Source: an uncultured Pseudomonadota bacterium | Lineage (GTDB): Bacteria > Oederibacteriota > Muellerivitia > Muellerivitales > Muellerivitaceae | Direction of reading: 5' to 3' | Assembly (NCBI GenBank): GCA_963836235.1 | Contig: CAWIIP010000004.1 | Coordinates: 832,001-896,000, forward strand | DNA: 64,000 bases | Part shown: piece by piece, positions 38,411-48,174 of the stretch | Layout of the letters: every line of letters starts with the position of its first letter | How positions within the stretch are numbered: position 1 is the first letter of the stretch | Notes under the pieces: generated by a model | Told to the model about the DNA's origin: nothing | What the model saw: only the letters and a program-made list of their open reading frames with translations | Databases searched by the model: none | Translations under genes and position numbers: made by a program

Positions 38411-39232
38411 ATGAAGATTGGCCAAAAAACAGTAGTGTTTGGCATGGGGGCTATGGGAAGCGCATTGGTAAAGGGTTGGATTTCCTCGAAAATGTTGAAG
38501 CCCGCGCTCATTACGGCCGTGGATGTGGACCAGGCCAAATGCAAGAAAATGGCCGCCCAATTCAAAATTAAAGCGGGCCCAGACCCTGTCAAAGCATTAA
38601 AAGACGCGGGTCTTGTACTTTTGGCGGTAAAGCCCCAACAAATGAAGGAACTTTTGGCCCAAACTGGGAAAGAGTTTCCCAAAAGTGCTTTGGTGGTTTC
38701 CATCGCGGCGGGCGTCTCGACGGAGCAGATTGAGCAGGGCCTTCCCCAAGGCTGCCCGGTTGTCAGGGTTATGCCCAACACCCCCGCTCTTTTGGGCTCG
38801 GGTATGGCGGCGGTGGCGGGGGGTAAAAGAGCCAAACCAGCCCATGTTAAATTGGTTTTAAACCTTTTTTCAGCTGTTGGCCAAGCGGTCCAAGTCGACG
38901 AAAATCAAATGGATTTGGTGACCGCGGTTTCGGGTAGCGGACCAGCTTACATTTTTCACATGGTCGAGGCCATGACGGAAGCGGGAGTTAAGGGAGGATT
39001 GTCCAAAGAGGTCGCCCATCAATTGGTGGCTCAGACGGTTTATGGCGCGGCCCGGATGGTTTTGGAAACGGGAAAAACCCCGGAGGAACTGCGGATTCAG
39101 GTGACTTCGCCCGGCGGAACTACCCAGGCCGCCTTAACCAAAATGGCGGAAAAGGGATTTCGTGAAACGATTCATGCGGCGATTGAAGCGGCAACCCAGC
39201 GGGGCGCTGAATTAAGGCGGATTTCTAATTAA
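38411..39232 (+). CDS. proC: Pyrroline-5-carboxylate reductase
   Basis: GMGAMG, LAVKPQ, SIAAG, RVMPNTP, SGSGPAY, VTSPGGTT. Confidence 0.95.
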   Translation: MKIGQKTVVFGMGAMGSALVKGWISSKMLKPALITAVDVDQAKCKKMAAQFKIKAGPDPVKALKDAGLVLLAVKPQQMKELLAQTGKEFPKSALVVSIAAGVSTEQIEQGLPQGCPVVRVMPNTPALLGSGMAAVAGGKRAKPAHVKLVLNLFSAVGQAVQVDENQMDLVTAVSGSGPAYIFHMVEAMTEAGVKGGLSKEVAHQLVAQTVYGAARMVLETGKTPEELRIQVTSPGGTTQAALTKMAEKGFRETIHAAIEAATQRGAELRRISN

Positions 39233-39250
39233 ATATGAAGATGGGATAGA

Positions 39251-39544
39251 ATGGCATACCTTATCGCGGATTTGGCTTACTTTTTGGCGATCCTTTGCAA
39301 TCTCGGAACTTTTTTGCTGATGTTGGAGTGGCTGGTCCATTTACTCCCGGGTGCCGGGCTCAATCCGATCCGACGGGGATTATTTCGGGCTTCGTTTCCT
39401 TTCCTACAATGGTGTGACCGTTACTTTGCTGTTAAATGGGGCTCTTTTAATTCAAGGGGCCTTCTTTTGGCCTTTCTGTTTTTCGTCCTTGGCCGTTATG
39501 GGGTTCCTTGTTTGATACTCTTTAGCTTTTCCTTCCGTAATTAA
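39251..39544 (+). CDS. YggT-like small membrane protein
   Basis: Two TM segments with NPI..L...SFPFL; position between proC and DUF167. Confidence 0.55.
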   Translation: MAYLIADLAYFLAILCNLGTFLLMLEWLVHLLPGAGLNPIRRGLFRASFPFLQWCDRYFAVKWGSFNSRGLLLAFLFFVLGRYGVPCLILFSFSFRN

Positions 39545-39549
39545 CAGCG

Positions 39550-39861
39550 TTGGATATTTTCAGATCGTTTATTCATGAGTCGAAGGAAGGTTGTACCCTT
39601 TCCCTTAAAGTGATTCCACGGTCTTCCAGGAATCAAGTTATCGGAATAGAGGAGGGAGCGTTAAAAATAAAATTGAAGGCTCCTCCAGTGGAGGGGGCCG
39701 CGAATGACGCGGTCGTGGAATTTTTGGCCGATTTATTTAAGAAGCCTAAAAAATCCGTAACTTTAATTTCGGGTCATCAATCCCGGAAGAAAATTGTCCG
39801 GATTTCGGGGTTGAGGGAATCGGAAATCCTTGAAGTTATAAAACAAGAAAAAAAGAGGTAG
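39550..39861 (+). CDS. DUF167 (YggU/UPF0235) protein
   Basis: KVIPRSS, APPVEGAAN, ISGHQSRKK. Confidence 0.9.
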   Translation: MDIFRSFIHESKEGCTLSLKVIPRSSRNQVIGIEEGALKIKLKAPPVEGAANDAVVEFLADLFKKPKKSVTLISGHQSRKKIVRISGLRESEILEVIKQEKKR

Positions 39862-39863
39862 CT

Positions 39864-40691
39864 ATGGCGGAATTGTTCGATCAAATCCAAGAGTCGGTTA
39901 AAGAGATAAGAAAAACAACGCAAGCGATCCCCAAAGTCGGAATTATTCTTGGGACGGGTTTGGGAGCTTTATCCCATGAAATTAAAGATCCGACAGTTAT
40001 TCCGTATGAAAAAATACCCCATTTCCCCTTATCGACCGTGGAATCCCATGCCGGACAACTTGTTTTCGGAAAACTTGGAAACACCCCGGTGGTGGCGATG
40101 AAGGGACGGTTCCATCGTTATGAGGGTTATACGCTTCAGCAGGTGACTTTTCCGGTAAGGGTGATGAAGGCTTTAGGCGTCCAATATTTGCTGGTTTCCA
40201 ACGCTTGCGGTGGAATGAACCGTGCCTATAACCCAGGGGATTTAATGATCATCGAAGATCACGTGAATCTGATGGGGGACAATCCCTTGATAGGTAAAAA
40301 TGATGACCGGCTGGGTCCCCGTTGGCCGGACATGATCGAGCCCTATTCAAAGGAATTGATCGCCTTGACCGAAAAAATCGCTTGGTATAAGAAGATTCCG
40401 GTTCGCAAAGGGGTTTATGTGGCGGTGTCGGGGCCCAATTTGGAAACCCGGGCGGAATACCGGTGGCTTTCCACTTTCGCGGACGTGGTAGGCATGTCCA
40501 CGGTTCCCGAAGTCATTGTGGCGGGGCACAGCGGTTTAAAGGTTTTGGGTATCTCGGTGGTGACGGATAAATGCGTGGCGGATATTCTTGAACCGGCGGA
40601 TATCCAAAAAATTATCCGACATGCCCAGGAAGCTGAGCCGAAATTGACCATTCTGATGAAGGAAGTCGCCGCTTCCTTGGAAACTAAATAA
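39864..40691 (+). CDS. punA: Purine nucleoside phosphorylase (trimeric family)
   Basis: GIILGTGLG, STVESHAG, GRFHRYEGY, NACGG, GPNLETRAE, VGMSTVPE. Confidence 0.92.
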   Translation: MAELFDQIQESVKEIRKTTQAIPKVGIILGTGLGALSHEIKDPTVIPYEKIPHFPLSTVESHAGQLVFGKLGNTPVVAMKGRFHRYEGYTLQQVTFPVRVMKALGVQYLLVSNACGGMNRAYNPGDLMIIEDHVNLMGDNPLIGKNDDRLGPRWPDMIEPYSKELIALTEKIAWYKKIPVRKGVYVAVSGPNLETRAEYRWLSTFADVVGMSTVPEVIVAGHSGLKVLGISVVTDKCVADILEPADIQKIIRHAQEAEPKLTILMKEVAASLETK

Positions 40692-40692
40692 T

Positions 40693-41757
40693 ATGCCCGA
40701 AAAATTAAGGCCCATTCGTTGGACGAAAGGCAGTCTTTACCTTTTGGAGCAAAGGGTTCTTCCTTTTAAAGAAAAGTGGGTGAAGTGCCAGACAGCTGAG
40801 CAGGTTGCCCGTGCTATCGAGGACATGACTGTTCGCGGGGCGCCCGCGATTGGAATAACCGCCGCATATGGAGTCGCGGTTGCGGGGATTCGTTCCAAAA
40901 CCACTAAACCGGTTCTCTTTAAACAAGAATTGGAAAAAGCCATAGCTCGGCTTCGCAAAACCAGGCCCACGGCCGTCAATCTTTTTTGGGCTTTAGATCG
41001 GATGAAAGGAAAGTTAGAACGGTTAAAAGGCCAGTCGGTTGAGATACAGAAAATAGAACTCGTGAAAGAAGCTCTCGCCGTCCACCGGGAAGATGAGGCC
41101 ATCTGCGACCGGTTGGGAAAGTATGGAGCTGTTCTACTGTCGGATTGTAAGAACGTTTTGACGCATTGCAACACCGGTGCCTTGGCGACTGGGGGGGATG
41201 GGACGGCCTTGGCGGCCATCACAACCGCGGCCCGAAAAAATCGGAAACTACATGTGTGGGTGGATGAAACCAGGCCTTATTTGCAAGGGGCCCGCTTGAC
41301 CGCCTTTGAGGTCGACCACGCGGGGATTCATTTTCACCTCATTACCGATAATATGTCGGCCTCTCTTATGAAAGATGGAAAGGTAGATGCCGTTATCGTG
41401 GGCGCGGATCGTATTGTCGCCAACGGTGATACCGCCAATAAGATTGGTACCTATGCTCTGGCGGTTCTCGCGAAGGCCCATCGGATTCCATTTTATGTTT
41501 CCGCGCCCACCACAACCCTGGATTTGACAAAAAAGACTGGCAAAGAAATCGTTATCGAGCAAAGGAATCCGAGGGAGGTGACTCATCCCCAAGGGCTTGC
41601 CATCTCCAAAGAAAGCTATCCTGTTTATAATCCCGCGTTCGATGTGACGCCGGGGAATCTCATTACCGCTATTGTCCTTGAGACAGGCATTTGCAGAGGT
41701 CCTTACAATCGATCCCTCAAGGCCGCTTTGGCCCAAAGTAAATCCACCCGTGAATAA
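40693..41757 (+). CDS. mtnA: S-methyl-5-thioribose-1-phosphate isomerase
   Basis: VRGAPAIG, TRPTAVNL, THCNTGALAT, ETRPYLQGARLT, GADRI, NKIGTY, NPAFDVTP. Confidence 0.95.
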   Translation: MPEKLRPIRWTKGSLYLLEQRVLPFKEKWVKCQTAEQVARAIEDMTVRGAPAIGITAAYGVAVAGIRSKTTKPVLFKQELEKAIARLRKTRPTAVNLFWALDRMKGKLERLKGQSVEIQKIELVKEALAVHREDEAICDRLGKYGAVLLSDCKNVLTHCNTGALATGGDGTALAAITTAARKNRKLHVWVDETRPYLQGARLTAFEVDHAGIHFHLITDNMSASLMKDGKVDAVIVGADRIVANGDTANKIGTYALAVLAKAHRIPFYVSAPTTTLDLTKKTGKEIVIEQRNPREVTHPQGLAISKESYPVYNPAFDVTPGNLITAIVLETGICRGPYNRSLKAALAQSKSTRE

Positions 41758-42166
41758 AAAAAGCGTTCTTGAAAATGCCTTCACGGACGACCGTTATTGC
41801 CTTTGTTGTGGGGAAAAGAATCCGTTGGGATTCAAAATGAAGTTCCGTTATGAAGTGGAGAAGCTTTTGTCGGAAACGGTTATCCCGAAGGAGTACCAGG
41901 GTTTTGCCAATGTGGTCCATGGCGGTGTGCTCGGAACACTTTTAGACGAGATGATGGTCAATCTTTATTGGCTCAAGGGCGAAAAGGCGGTCACGGCGGA
42001 GTATCAAGTGCGGCTAAAGGCTCCTTGCCCGGTAAATCAAAAAGTGTTGTTGTCGGCTTGGCATGTGGAAACCAAAAGAAATATTCTCTTAACGGAAGCG
42101 GAAGCCAAGCTGGAAGATGGAACGGTGGTGGCGGAAGCCACGGCAAAATGCATGAGAATACAGTAA
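41750..42166 (+). CDS. PaaI/hotdog thioesterase
   Basis: CLCCGEKNPLG, YQGFANVVHGGVLGTLLDE; GTG 41750 overlaps mtnA end. Confidence 0.88.
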   Translation: MNKKSVLENAFTDDRYCLCCGEKNPLGFKMKFRYEVEKLLSETVIPKEYQGFANVVHGGVLGTLLDEMMVNLYWLKGEKAVTAEYQVRLKAPCPVNQKVLLSAWHVETKRNILLTEAEAKLEDGTVVAEATAKCMRIQ

Positions 42167-42253
42167 TGCTGTTGCAGGATATTCGTTTCCTGTTACACTG
42201 TGGGCCGAAAGCAACCTGGTTGTTTTTGAATCATATTAATGGAGGGCACTGGA

Positions 42254-42358
42254 ATGCCTTGTGGTAAAAAGCGCCATCGTCAAAAAATTAAAACCCATAA
42301 ACGCAAAAAACACCGCAAAAAGATGCGGGCCTTGCTGCGTCGGCAAGGTAGACTTTAA
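42254..42358 (+). CDS. Small basic ribosomal protein, bS22/mS38 (AURKAIP1/COX24-like)
   Basis: Not in ORF track. GGAGGG RBS; MPCGKKRHRQKIKTHKRKKHRKKMRALLRRQGRL (34 aa). Confidence 0.85.
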   Translation: MPCGKKRHRQKIKTHKRKKHRKKMRALLRRQGRL

Positions 42359-42364
42359 TTTAAA

Positions 42365-44512
42365 TTGGCGTTGGTGAACCACTCTTCTACACCCTCAAGG
42401 CGCAACGTGGGAAAGTGGTTTGCCTATGTCGGGATCGCGGCGACTTTCTTTTTGGCTGGCAGCGGTGTTTGCATCCGACAACTGGCCGATGTTCCGCCCA
42501 GATGGCTTATTCTTTCCTGGGCCTTAACGTTTTTTTGGCTTTTCTTTCTTATCCGTATTCACGCATTTTCAAAATCGAATCGCGCTTTGTTTTTGTTGGG
42601 AACCGTTATTGGGTTCAATCTGTTGGCCCAAAGTACGGGGGGGGAACAATCGCCGCTCCTTTTTGGCGTTTTCCTTTTAATGGGCATAGCCGCTTGGGAA
42701 GGTGAAGCTCTCTTTGGCTACTGGGTGGCTTTGGTGTTTATCTTTTTGGAAGCCTTTTATCTTCGAAAAGAGGATGCTCCCCAAGGTTTATCCCTATACC
42801 TACGTTGGGCGGCTTATCTTGTTTCCGCTTTTTTCTTAACTCGAGTGGTTAAGACGCGCAAAGAAAAAGAACAGTTGAACCATCGTTTGGAATCCCTCAA
42901 AAACGATGCCATCCAATTGGCATCAGAAGCCGAACCCTCCTCCTTTAATGTCCCAAAAGATAAACTTTTGATGGAAGAAAATCGCCTTTCAGCCCGCGTA
43001 GGAACCGTGATGGAATTGGAGGATAATTTATCTCGGCAGTTGTCACTTTTTCAAAAATCGCTTTCCCTCCACACCGCCGCGTTTTTTCTTTTAACCCACG
43101 TTCAGGATAAGAAAGTCCTGCGGCTCAGGGCTTCTTCAAGCCTTTCAGATTCTATTGCGTCGGACGTGACGTTGTTGCCGGGAGAAAGCCTTGTGGGACT
43201 TTCAGCGAAGGAAGGACGGCGCGTTCTTTTGAACCAAATTGCACCCGAAAGCGCAAAGGCTTTGCCTTATTATTTAAAACCGAATTTAGTTTCGTCTTTT
43301 TTAGTCCAACCGATTTATCTAAAAAATAACCCTCCGGATGCTGGCCCGATTGATGAGATGGAAATGGTAGGGGTTTTGGTGTTAGACAGTGAAAAGACCG
43401 ACTTTTTTGGCGTGAAAGAATTGGCTCTGATAGAGCAGTTTTCGGCGATGCTGGCTGATACCGTTCAAAATGCCCGGATTATGCATTTTTCAAGGGCTAA
43501 AACAAGAAATCTTCACGCCCTCTACGATGTTTCCAATTCATTTTCGACTTTGCTTGATTTAAATCGAGTATTGGAAACGTCTTTGAAAACCGCCAGTGAA
43601 ATATCATCGTGCGATTCGGCATATGTGGCTTTGGCGGAGGGGGATGGAAAAAGATTTAATGTACGAGCTTGGTGGGGACCCGCTCGTGGAGGTGAAAAAC
43701 CCACACAACTTGAGGACGAACTGGCTGTTTGGGTTTTGGAGAATAAAAAACCTATTCGGTATACGCGCGGCCAAAAGGATAAGAGCCTTAGTTCGTTTTC
43801 CAAAAAGGAAGGAATGCTTGGCACCATTCAATCTTTTCTGATGGTTCCACTTATGGTTGGGGAAAACGTCCTTGGTGTTATCAGATTAAACAGTATTCGA
43901 CCGGATTCATATCAGGCTTATGACCAAGATGTTTTAACTACTTTGGCAAATCAGACAGCCATGGCCTTGGAAAATGCCTTAATGGTTCAGCAAATCCGTG
44001 ATATGGCCATAAGGGATGGATTGACGGGCGCTTACAATCATCGCTATTTTCAGGAGAAGCTGGCTGAAGAAATAACGAAAGCGGAACGTTATAACAAGGA
44101 TTTAAGCTTGGCACTTTTAGATGTTGACCACTTCAAGAAATTTAACGACAGTTATGGACATCAAGAAGGTGATAAAGTGCTTCGGATCGTTTCGGAAATT
44201 ATCCAGGCGACTGTCCGGAATAAAATTGATACGGTGGCACGCTATGGCGGGGAAGAGTTCACGGCTATTCTCCCGGAGTCAGATGGTAATGTGGGAAAAG
44301 ATCTAGTAGAAAGAATTCGGAAAAACATTGAAGGTTACTTATTTGAAAATAACGGGAAAAGTCTTTATCGAGTTACGGTGTCAATAGGGATTGCCTCATA
44401 TCCTTTCGATGCTCGTGATCAAAAGGTATTAATTCAATTGGCCGATCAGGCGCTCTACGAAGCAAAAAACGCTGGTCGAAATTGTGTTAGAAGATTTAAA
44501 ACTTCAAAATAG
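42365..44512 (+). CDS. Membrane-anchored GAF-GAF diguanylate cyclase
   Basis: About 5 TM helices, two GAF-like regions, DGLTG, DVDHFKKFNDSYGH, ARYGGEEF, ADQALYEAK. Confidence 0.92.
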   Translation: MALVNHSSTPSRRNVGKWFAYVGIAATFFLAGSGVCIRQLADVPPRWLILSWALTFFWLFFLIRIHAFSKSNRALFLLGTVIGFNLLAQSTGGEQSPLLFGVFLLMGIAAWEGEALFGYWVALVFIFLEAFYLRKEDAPQGLSLYLRWAAYLVSAFFLTRVVKTRKEKEQLNHRLESLKNDAIQLASEAEPSSFNVPKDKLLMEENRLSARVGTVMELEDNLSRQLSLFQKSLSLHTAAFFLLTHVQDKKVLRLRASSSLSDSIASDVTLLPGESLVGLSAKEGRRVLLNQIAPESAKALPYYLKPNLVSSFLVQPIYLKNNPPDAGPIDEMEMVGVLVLDSEKTDFFGVKELALIEQFSAMLADTVQNARIMHFSRAKTRNLHALYDVSNSFSTLLDLNRVLETSLKTASEISSCDSAYVALAEGDGKRFNVRAWWGPARGGEKPTQLEDELAVWVLENKKPIRYTRGQKDKSLSSFSKKEGMLGTIQSFLMVPLMVGENVLGVIRLNSIRPDSYQAYDQDVLTTLANQTAMALENALMVQQIRDMAIRDGLTGAYNHRYFQEKLAEEITKAERYNKDLSLALLDVDHFKKFNDSYGHQEGDKVLRIVSEIIQATVRNKIDTVARYGGEEFTAILPESDGNVGKDLVERIRKNIEGYLFENNGKSLYRVTVSIGIASYPFDARDQKVLIQLADQALYEAKNAGRNCVRRFKTSK

Positions 44513-44719
44513 TTTTCCAAATAAGCGTTGAGGGTTTTTTAATATGAATCCCCCATATATTGTGTGGTTGAATTAAACCCTACTAAAAACAGTGTGCTTG
44601 GAGAAAAAAACTTCACTCATCACAACTTCTAAGTCTTCTTAGCTTCCTATTTTGTTGTCTTACAATGACATTATCACCATGCTTACTAAGGTGTTGTCAA
44701 CCGACCAAATGAGAGTGGC

Positions 44720-44980
44720 ATGATACTGACCATCAAAGAAATTGCGATAAAGATTGGTGTTCATGAACAGACACTTCGCAATTGGGAACGTCTTGGGTTG
44801 TTGAAGATATCCCGCATCGGTCGTAATCGAACTCGAATTTATAATGAGAAAGACATTCTGCTTTGCAAAAAAATTGCTGGTTTTTCTGACCAAGGAATAA
44901 ATCTGCGGGGTATAAAGGCTTTGCTTGCTCGTGAAAAAAATGAAAAAGGGAAACTCATTAACATTGGTCATCGGCAATGA
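44720..44980 (+). CDS. Small MerR-family HTH regulator (HspR-like)
   Basis: LTIKEIA..IGVHEQTLRNWERLGLL...RIY...GINLRGIK. Confidence 0.85.
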   Translation: MILTIKEIAIKIGVHEQTLRNWERLGLLKISRIGRNRTRIYNEKDILLCKKIAGFSDQGINLRGIKALLAREKNEKGKLINIGHRQ

Positions 44981-45068
44981 ATTTTGAAATTGAGAAAATC
45001 TTGTCAAGATTTAAGCTTGGGACAAGGTTGTATGCGTTGGAAATAAAGGGTTTCTAAGTTGTTATTTC

Positions 45069-45096
45069 TTGACAGAGATAAAAGCTTTGTCATAAT
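45069..45096 (+). promoter_or_regulatory. Putative sigma70 promoter of flagellar operon
   Basis: TTGACA-N16-CATAAT upstream of flgB. Confidence 0.5.
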
Positions 45097-45221
45097 GACA
45101 CTAATTTTTCGCCACTGACGGAAATTTGTGCCCTTGTTTCTTCTAGCTGCATCCAAGTCTTCTTTGAGAAAATGTTTAAGATTTTATTCGCTTGGATTGG
45201 ACTTTGTCCGGAGGAGCCAGC

Positions 45222-45644
45222 GTGGTTAACCCTGTCATACCTGTTGACCCTATGATGGTGTTGCAAAAAAGTCTTGATGCATTGGCGGTGCAACATGGTG
45301 CCATTGCAAATAATTTAGCAAATATTGATACACCTCAATTCAAACGTTCGATTGTTTCCTTTCAAGATAAATTAAAAAATGCTTTAGAGATTAATCCGCC
45401 CTCTGTTTTGTGGAGAACGAATCCGAGGCATTTTCCTATTCCGCAGACAGTTTCGCTGAGTAATTTTAAACCTGATGTTCAAACAATTACGGAAACGATA
45501 GGAAGAAATGATGGTAATAACGTAGATTTAGAAATGGAGTCGGGTCTTCTTGCCGAAAACAATCTTCTTTACAACAGTTTGGCGGATGTTACGGGCCGCT
45601 ATATCGCAGATCTGAAACATTCAATTACTGAAGGGAGGGCATAA
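45222..45644 (+). CDS. flgB: Flagellar basal-body rod protein FlgB
   Basis: IANNLANIDTPQFK, RNDGNNVDLE; GGAGGAG before GTG 45222. Confidence 0.93.
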   Translation: MVNPVIPVDPMMVLQKSLDALAVQHGAIANNLANIDTPQFKRSIVSFQDKLKNALEINPPSVLWRTNPRHFPIPQTVSLSNFKPDVQTITETIGRNDGNNVDLEMESGLLAENNLLYNSLADVTGRYIADLKHSITEGRA

Positions 45645-45647
45645 TTC

Positions 45648-46103
45648 ATGGGAGCTCTCTCGGGAGTTTTTGCGCCTTTTGCAATATCGGCTTCCGCATT
45701 AACGGCGGAACGATTGCGAATGGACGTTATTTCTAACAATATCGCCAATGCTAATACGACTAGAACACTAGATGGGGGTCCCTACATTCGCCAGCGAGTT
45801 GTTTTTGCTCCTCGTTTTGATGCGGCACCTACTTTTGCTCCATTATTGGCTACCATGACGCCAGAAGGGTTGCCAGTTGGAGTCCGAGTGACTTCGATTC
45901 AGAACGACCCGACGCCCCCCCACATGGTTTATGATCCGGGACACCCGGATGCGAATGCAGAGGGGTATGTAGCTTATCCGAATGTGAATGTTGTGAATGA
46001 AATGGTTGACATGATTTCTGCTACACGTGCTTATGAAGCGAATATAACGGCATTTAATGCAACTAAGTCTATGGCGTTGCAAGCTTTGACCATTGGAAAA
46101 TAA
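45648..46103 (+). CDS. flgC: Flagellar basal-body rod protein FlgC
   Basis: ISNNIANANTTR, YDPGHPDA, PNVNVVNEMVDMISATRAYEAN. Confidence 0.96.
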   Translation: MGALSGVFAPFAISASALTAERLRMDVISNNIANANTTRTLDGGPYIRQRVVFAPRFDAAPTFAPLLATMTPEGLPVGVRVTSIQNDPTPPHMVYDPGHPDANAEGYVAYPNVNVVNEMVDMISATRAYEANITAFNATKSMALQALTIGK

Positions 46104-46140
46104 AATTTAAAAGAATTCTGAAATCGATTAAAGGTTTAAA

Positions 46141-46467
46141 ATGGAAATTCAGCCGATTCAAATGCCTATATCATTGACCCAAGGGATAATAACTCCGATT
46201 CGAGATATTTCAGTTGATGTATCGCAAAATACGGCCGAAGTATCACCCTCTAACTTTAAAGATTTACTGAAGAAGGCTTTAACTGATTTTAATGCGAGCC
46301 AAGTTGGGGCAAGTGATGCGATTAAGAGTCTAGCAATCGGTGGTGAGGACAATTTACATGATGTTATTATTGCCATGGAAAAGGCTAGCATGACGTTGCA
46401 ATATGGAATTCAAATACGCAACAAAATATTGGAAGCTTATCAGACCGTTAGTCAAATGCAGATTTAG
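46141..46467 (+). CDS. fliE: Flagellar hook-basal body protein FliE
   Basis: LHDVIIAMEKA...QIRNKILEAYQ..QMQI. Confidence 0.93.
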   Translation: MEIQPIQMPISLTQGIITPIRDISVDVSQNTAEVSPSNFKDLLKKALTDFNASQVGASDAIKSLAIGGEDNLHDVIIAMEKASMTLQYGIQIRNKILEAYQTVSQMQI

Positions 46468-46519
46468 TCGAACGTAATCAAAATTTGATTTTATTTGATC
46501 CTAAAACGGTGAGGAAAGA

Positions 46520-48169
46520 TTGAGCAATTTTCTCCAACAATTGATGCAGCAGTTCAGGGAAACTTGGGGGCGGTTTAATAGAACCCAGAAGGTACTTCTG
46601 GTGGCTATTCCGTTGGCTCTTTTTGTCGGCCTAATGGTTTTTATTCTGGTTTCTTCCCAATCGCGTTTTGAAGTCCTCTATTCCCATTTGGAACAAAAGG
46701 ATGCCGCCGAAGTGACGACGGAATTGAAAAAGGAAAATATTCCATATCATTTAGCGAGTAAAGATAATTTTGTGATGGTCTTAGTGCCGTCGGATAAGGT
46801 TTATGATACGCGGCTGGTACTTGCTGGCCAAGGACTTCCTCGGGGTACTGGAGTTGGTTACGAGATTTTTGACCAGCCGAAATGGGGTTCAACTGATTTT
46901 ACTCAAAAGGTGAATTATAAGAGGGCCTTAGAGGGAGAGCTGCAGCGAACAATCGGAAGTTTGCAACAAATTGAAAGTGCACGGGTTAGCATTGTCATGC
47001 CCGAGCCGGAACTTTTTACCGAAAAAGAGAAACCTACAACTGCCTCGGTCGTTTTGGAACTTAAGCCTGATGAGCAGGTTAAAAAAGAACAAGTTCGTGG
47101 GATTGTTCATCTGGTGTCCGCTAGTGTTGAGGGATTAAATCCGGAAAACGTTAGTGTCATAGATAGTAAGGGAAATATTCTTTCTGCGTTTATCCAAGAA
47201 GAACAACAAGAAAATAATCCTGATAGTCCGGACGGCAGTGTTCTCACGCAACAAGCAAAACTCACACTCCATGAAATGGAGGTTCAACAAAGTTTTGAAA
47301 AAGACTTGGAGCGAAAAGTAACGGTTATGTTGACCAAAGTTTTGGGTGGCAATAGTCGCTTTGCGGTTTCTGTGTCGGCTGAGTTAAATTTTGATAAAAC
47401 TGAGAATGATTCTGAAATTTTCGAACCGGTCGTGGATGGTCAAGGAATTGCCCGCTCTGTAGATGCCCAAAAGGAACAATATGTGGGCGATGGTGGTTTT
47501 CCAGCTAGTATTATTGGCGGGGTTCCGGGAACGGATTCGAATATTCCGGGTTACCAAGCGGTTCAGGGGTCCAATTCTCAATATTCCAAAGAACACACCA
47601 TTACAAATTACGAAGTCAATCGAACGGTTAAGCACAATGTTGTTGCTCCTGGTTCGCCAAAGAGAATTTCTGTGGGTGTTTTTGTCGATAACCTTCAACC
47701 CCAACAAGTTGATGCAATTAAAACGGCAGTCAGCGCAGCAGCGGGGTTGGATTTAAATCGGGGTGATCAGGTGGAAGTTGAGAATATGCCATTTGATAAC
47801 ACCCAAGCTTTGGCGAGCCTGAAGGAGACCCAGATGGAAGAACATCAAAATTTTATTATGACCCTCGGAAAGATTGGCCTGTTGGTTTTGATGGCCTTTG
47901 GGGTGTTGCTTTTCTTGAGATCTCTCCTAAAGCCTAAAAAAGAAAAGCAGTATGTTGAAACATTGGATGAGTTGCCTGAAGAGCCTGTCATGATGCCGCA
48001 GGTTGAAGACATTATCACCACAGATGTAACGGCTGAAGATTTAGCTCGCGCAGAGTCGGCTCGTGATGCTAAGAAGCGTGAAGCGGTCCGAAAAGAAGTT
48101 TTTGATATGGCGAACAAGAATCCGGAAAATATTGCCCAAATCATCAAGAAATGGCTCTCTGAGGAGTAG
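46520..48169 (+). CDS. fliF: Flagellar MS-ring protein FliF
   Basis: GYEIFD, RALEGELQRTI, TASVVL, SVEGL, TITNYEV; two TM segments. Confidence 0.95.
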   Translation: MSNFLQQLMQQFRETWGRFNRTQKVLLVAIPLALFVGLMVFILVSSQSRFEVLYSHLEQKDAAEVTTELKKENIPYHLASKDNFVMVLVPSDKVYDTRLVLAGQGLPRGTGVGYEIFDQPKWGSTDFTQKVNYKRALEGELQRTIGSLQQIESARVSIVMPEPELFTEKEKPTTASVVLELKPDEQVKKEQVRGIVHLVSASVEGLNPENVSVIDSKGNILSAFIQEEQQENNPDSPDGSVLTQQAKLTLHEMEVQQSFEKDLERKVTVMLTKVLGGNSRFAVSVSAELNFDKTENDSEIFEPVVDGQGIARSVDAQKEQYVGDGGFPASIIGGVPGTDSNIPGYQAVQGSNSQYSKEHTITNYEVNRTVKHNVVAPGSPKRISVGVFVDNLQPQQVDAIKTAVSAAAGLDLNRGDQVEVENMPFDNTQALASLKETQMEEHQNFIMTLGKIGLLVLMAFGVLLFLRSLLKPKKEKQYVETLDELPEEPVMMPQVEDIITTDVTAEDLARAESARDAKKREAVRKEVFDMANKNPENIAQIIKKWLSEE

Positions 48170-48174
48170 TTTTT

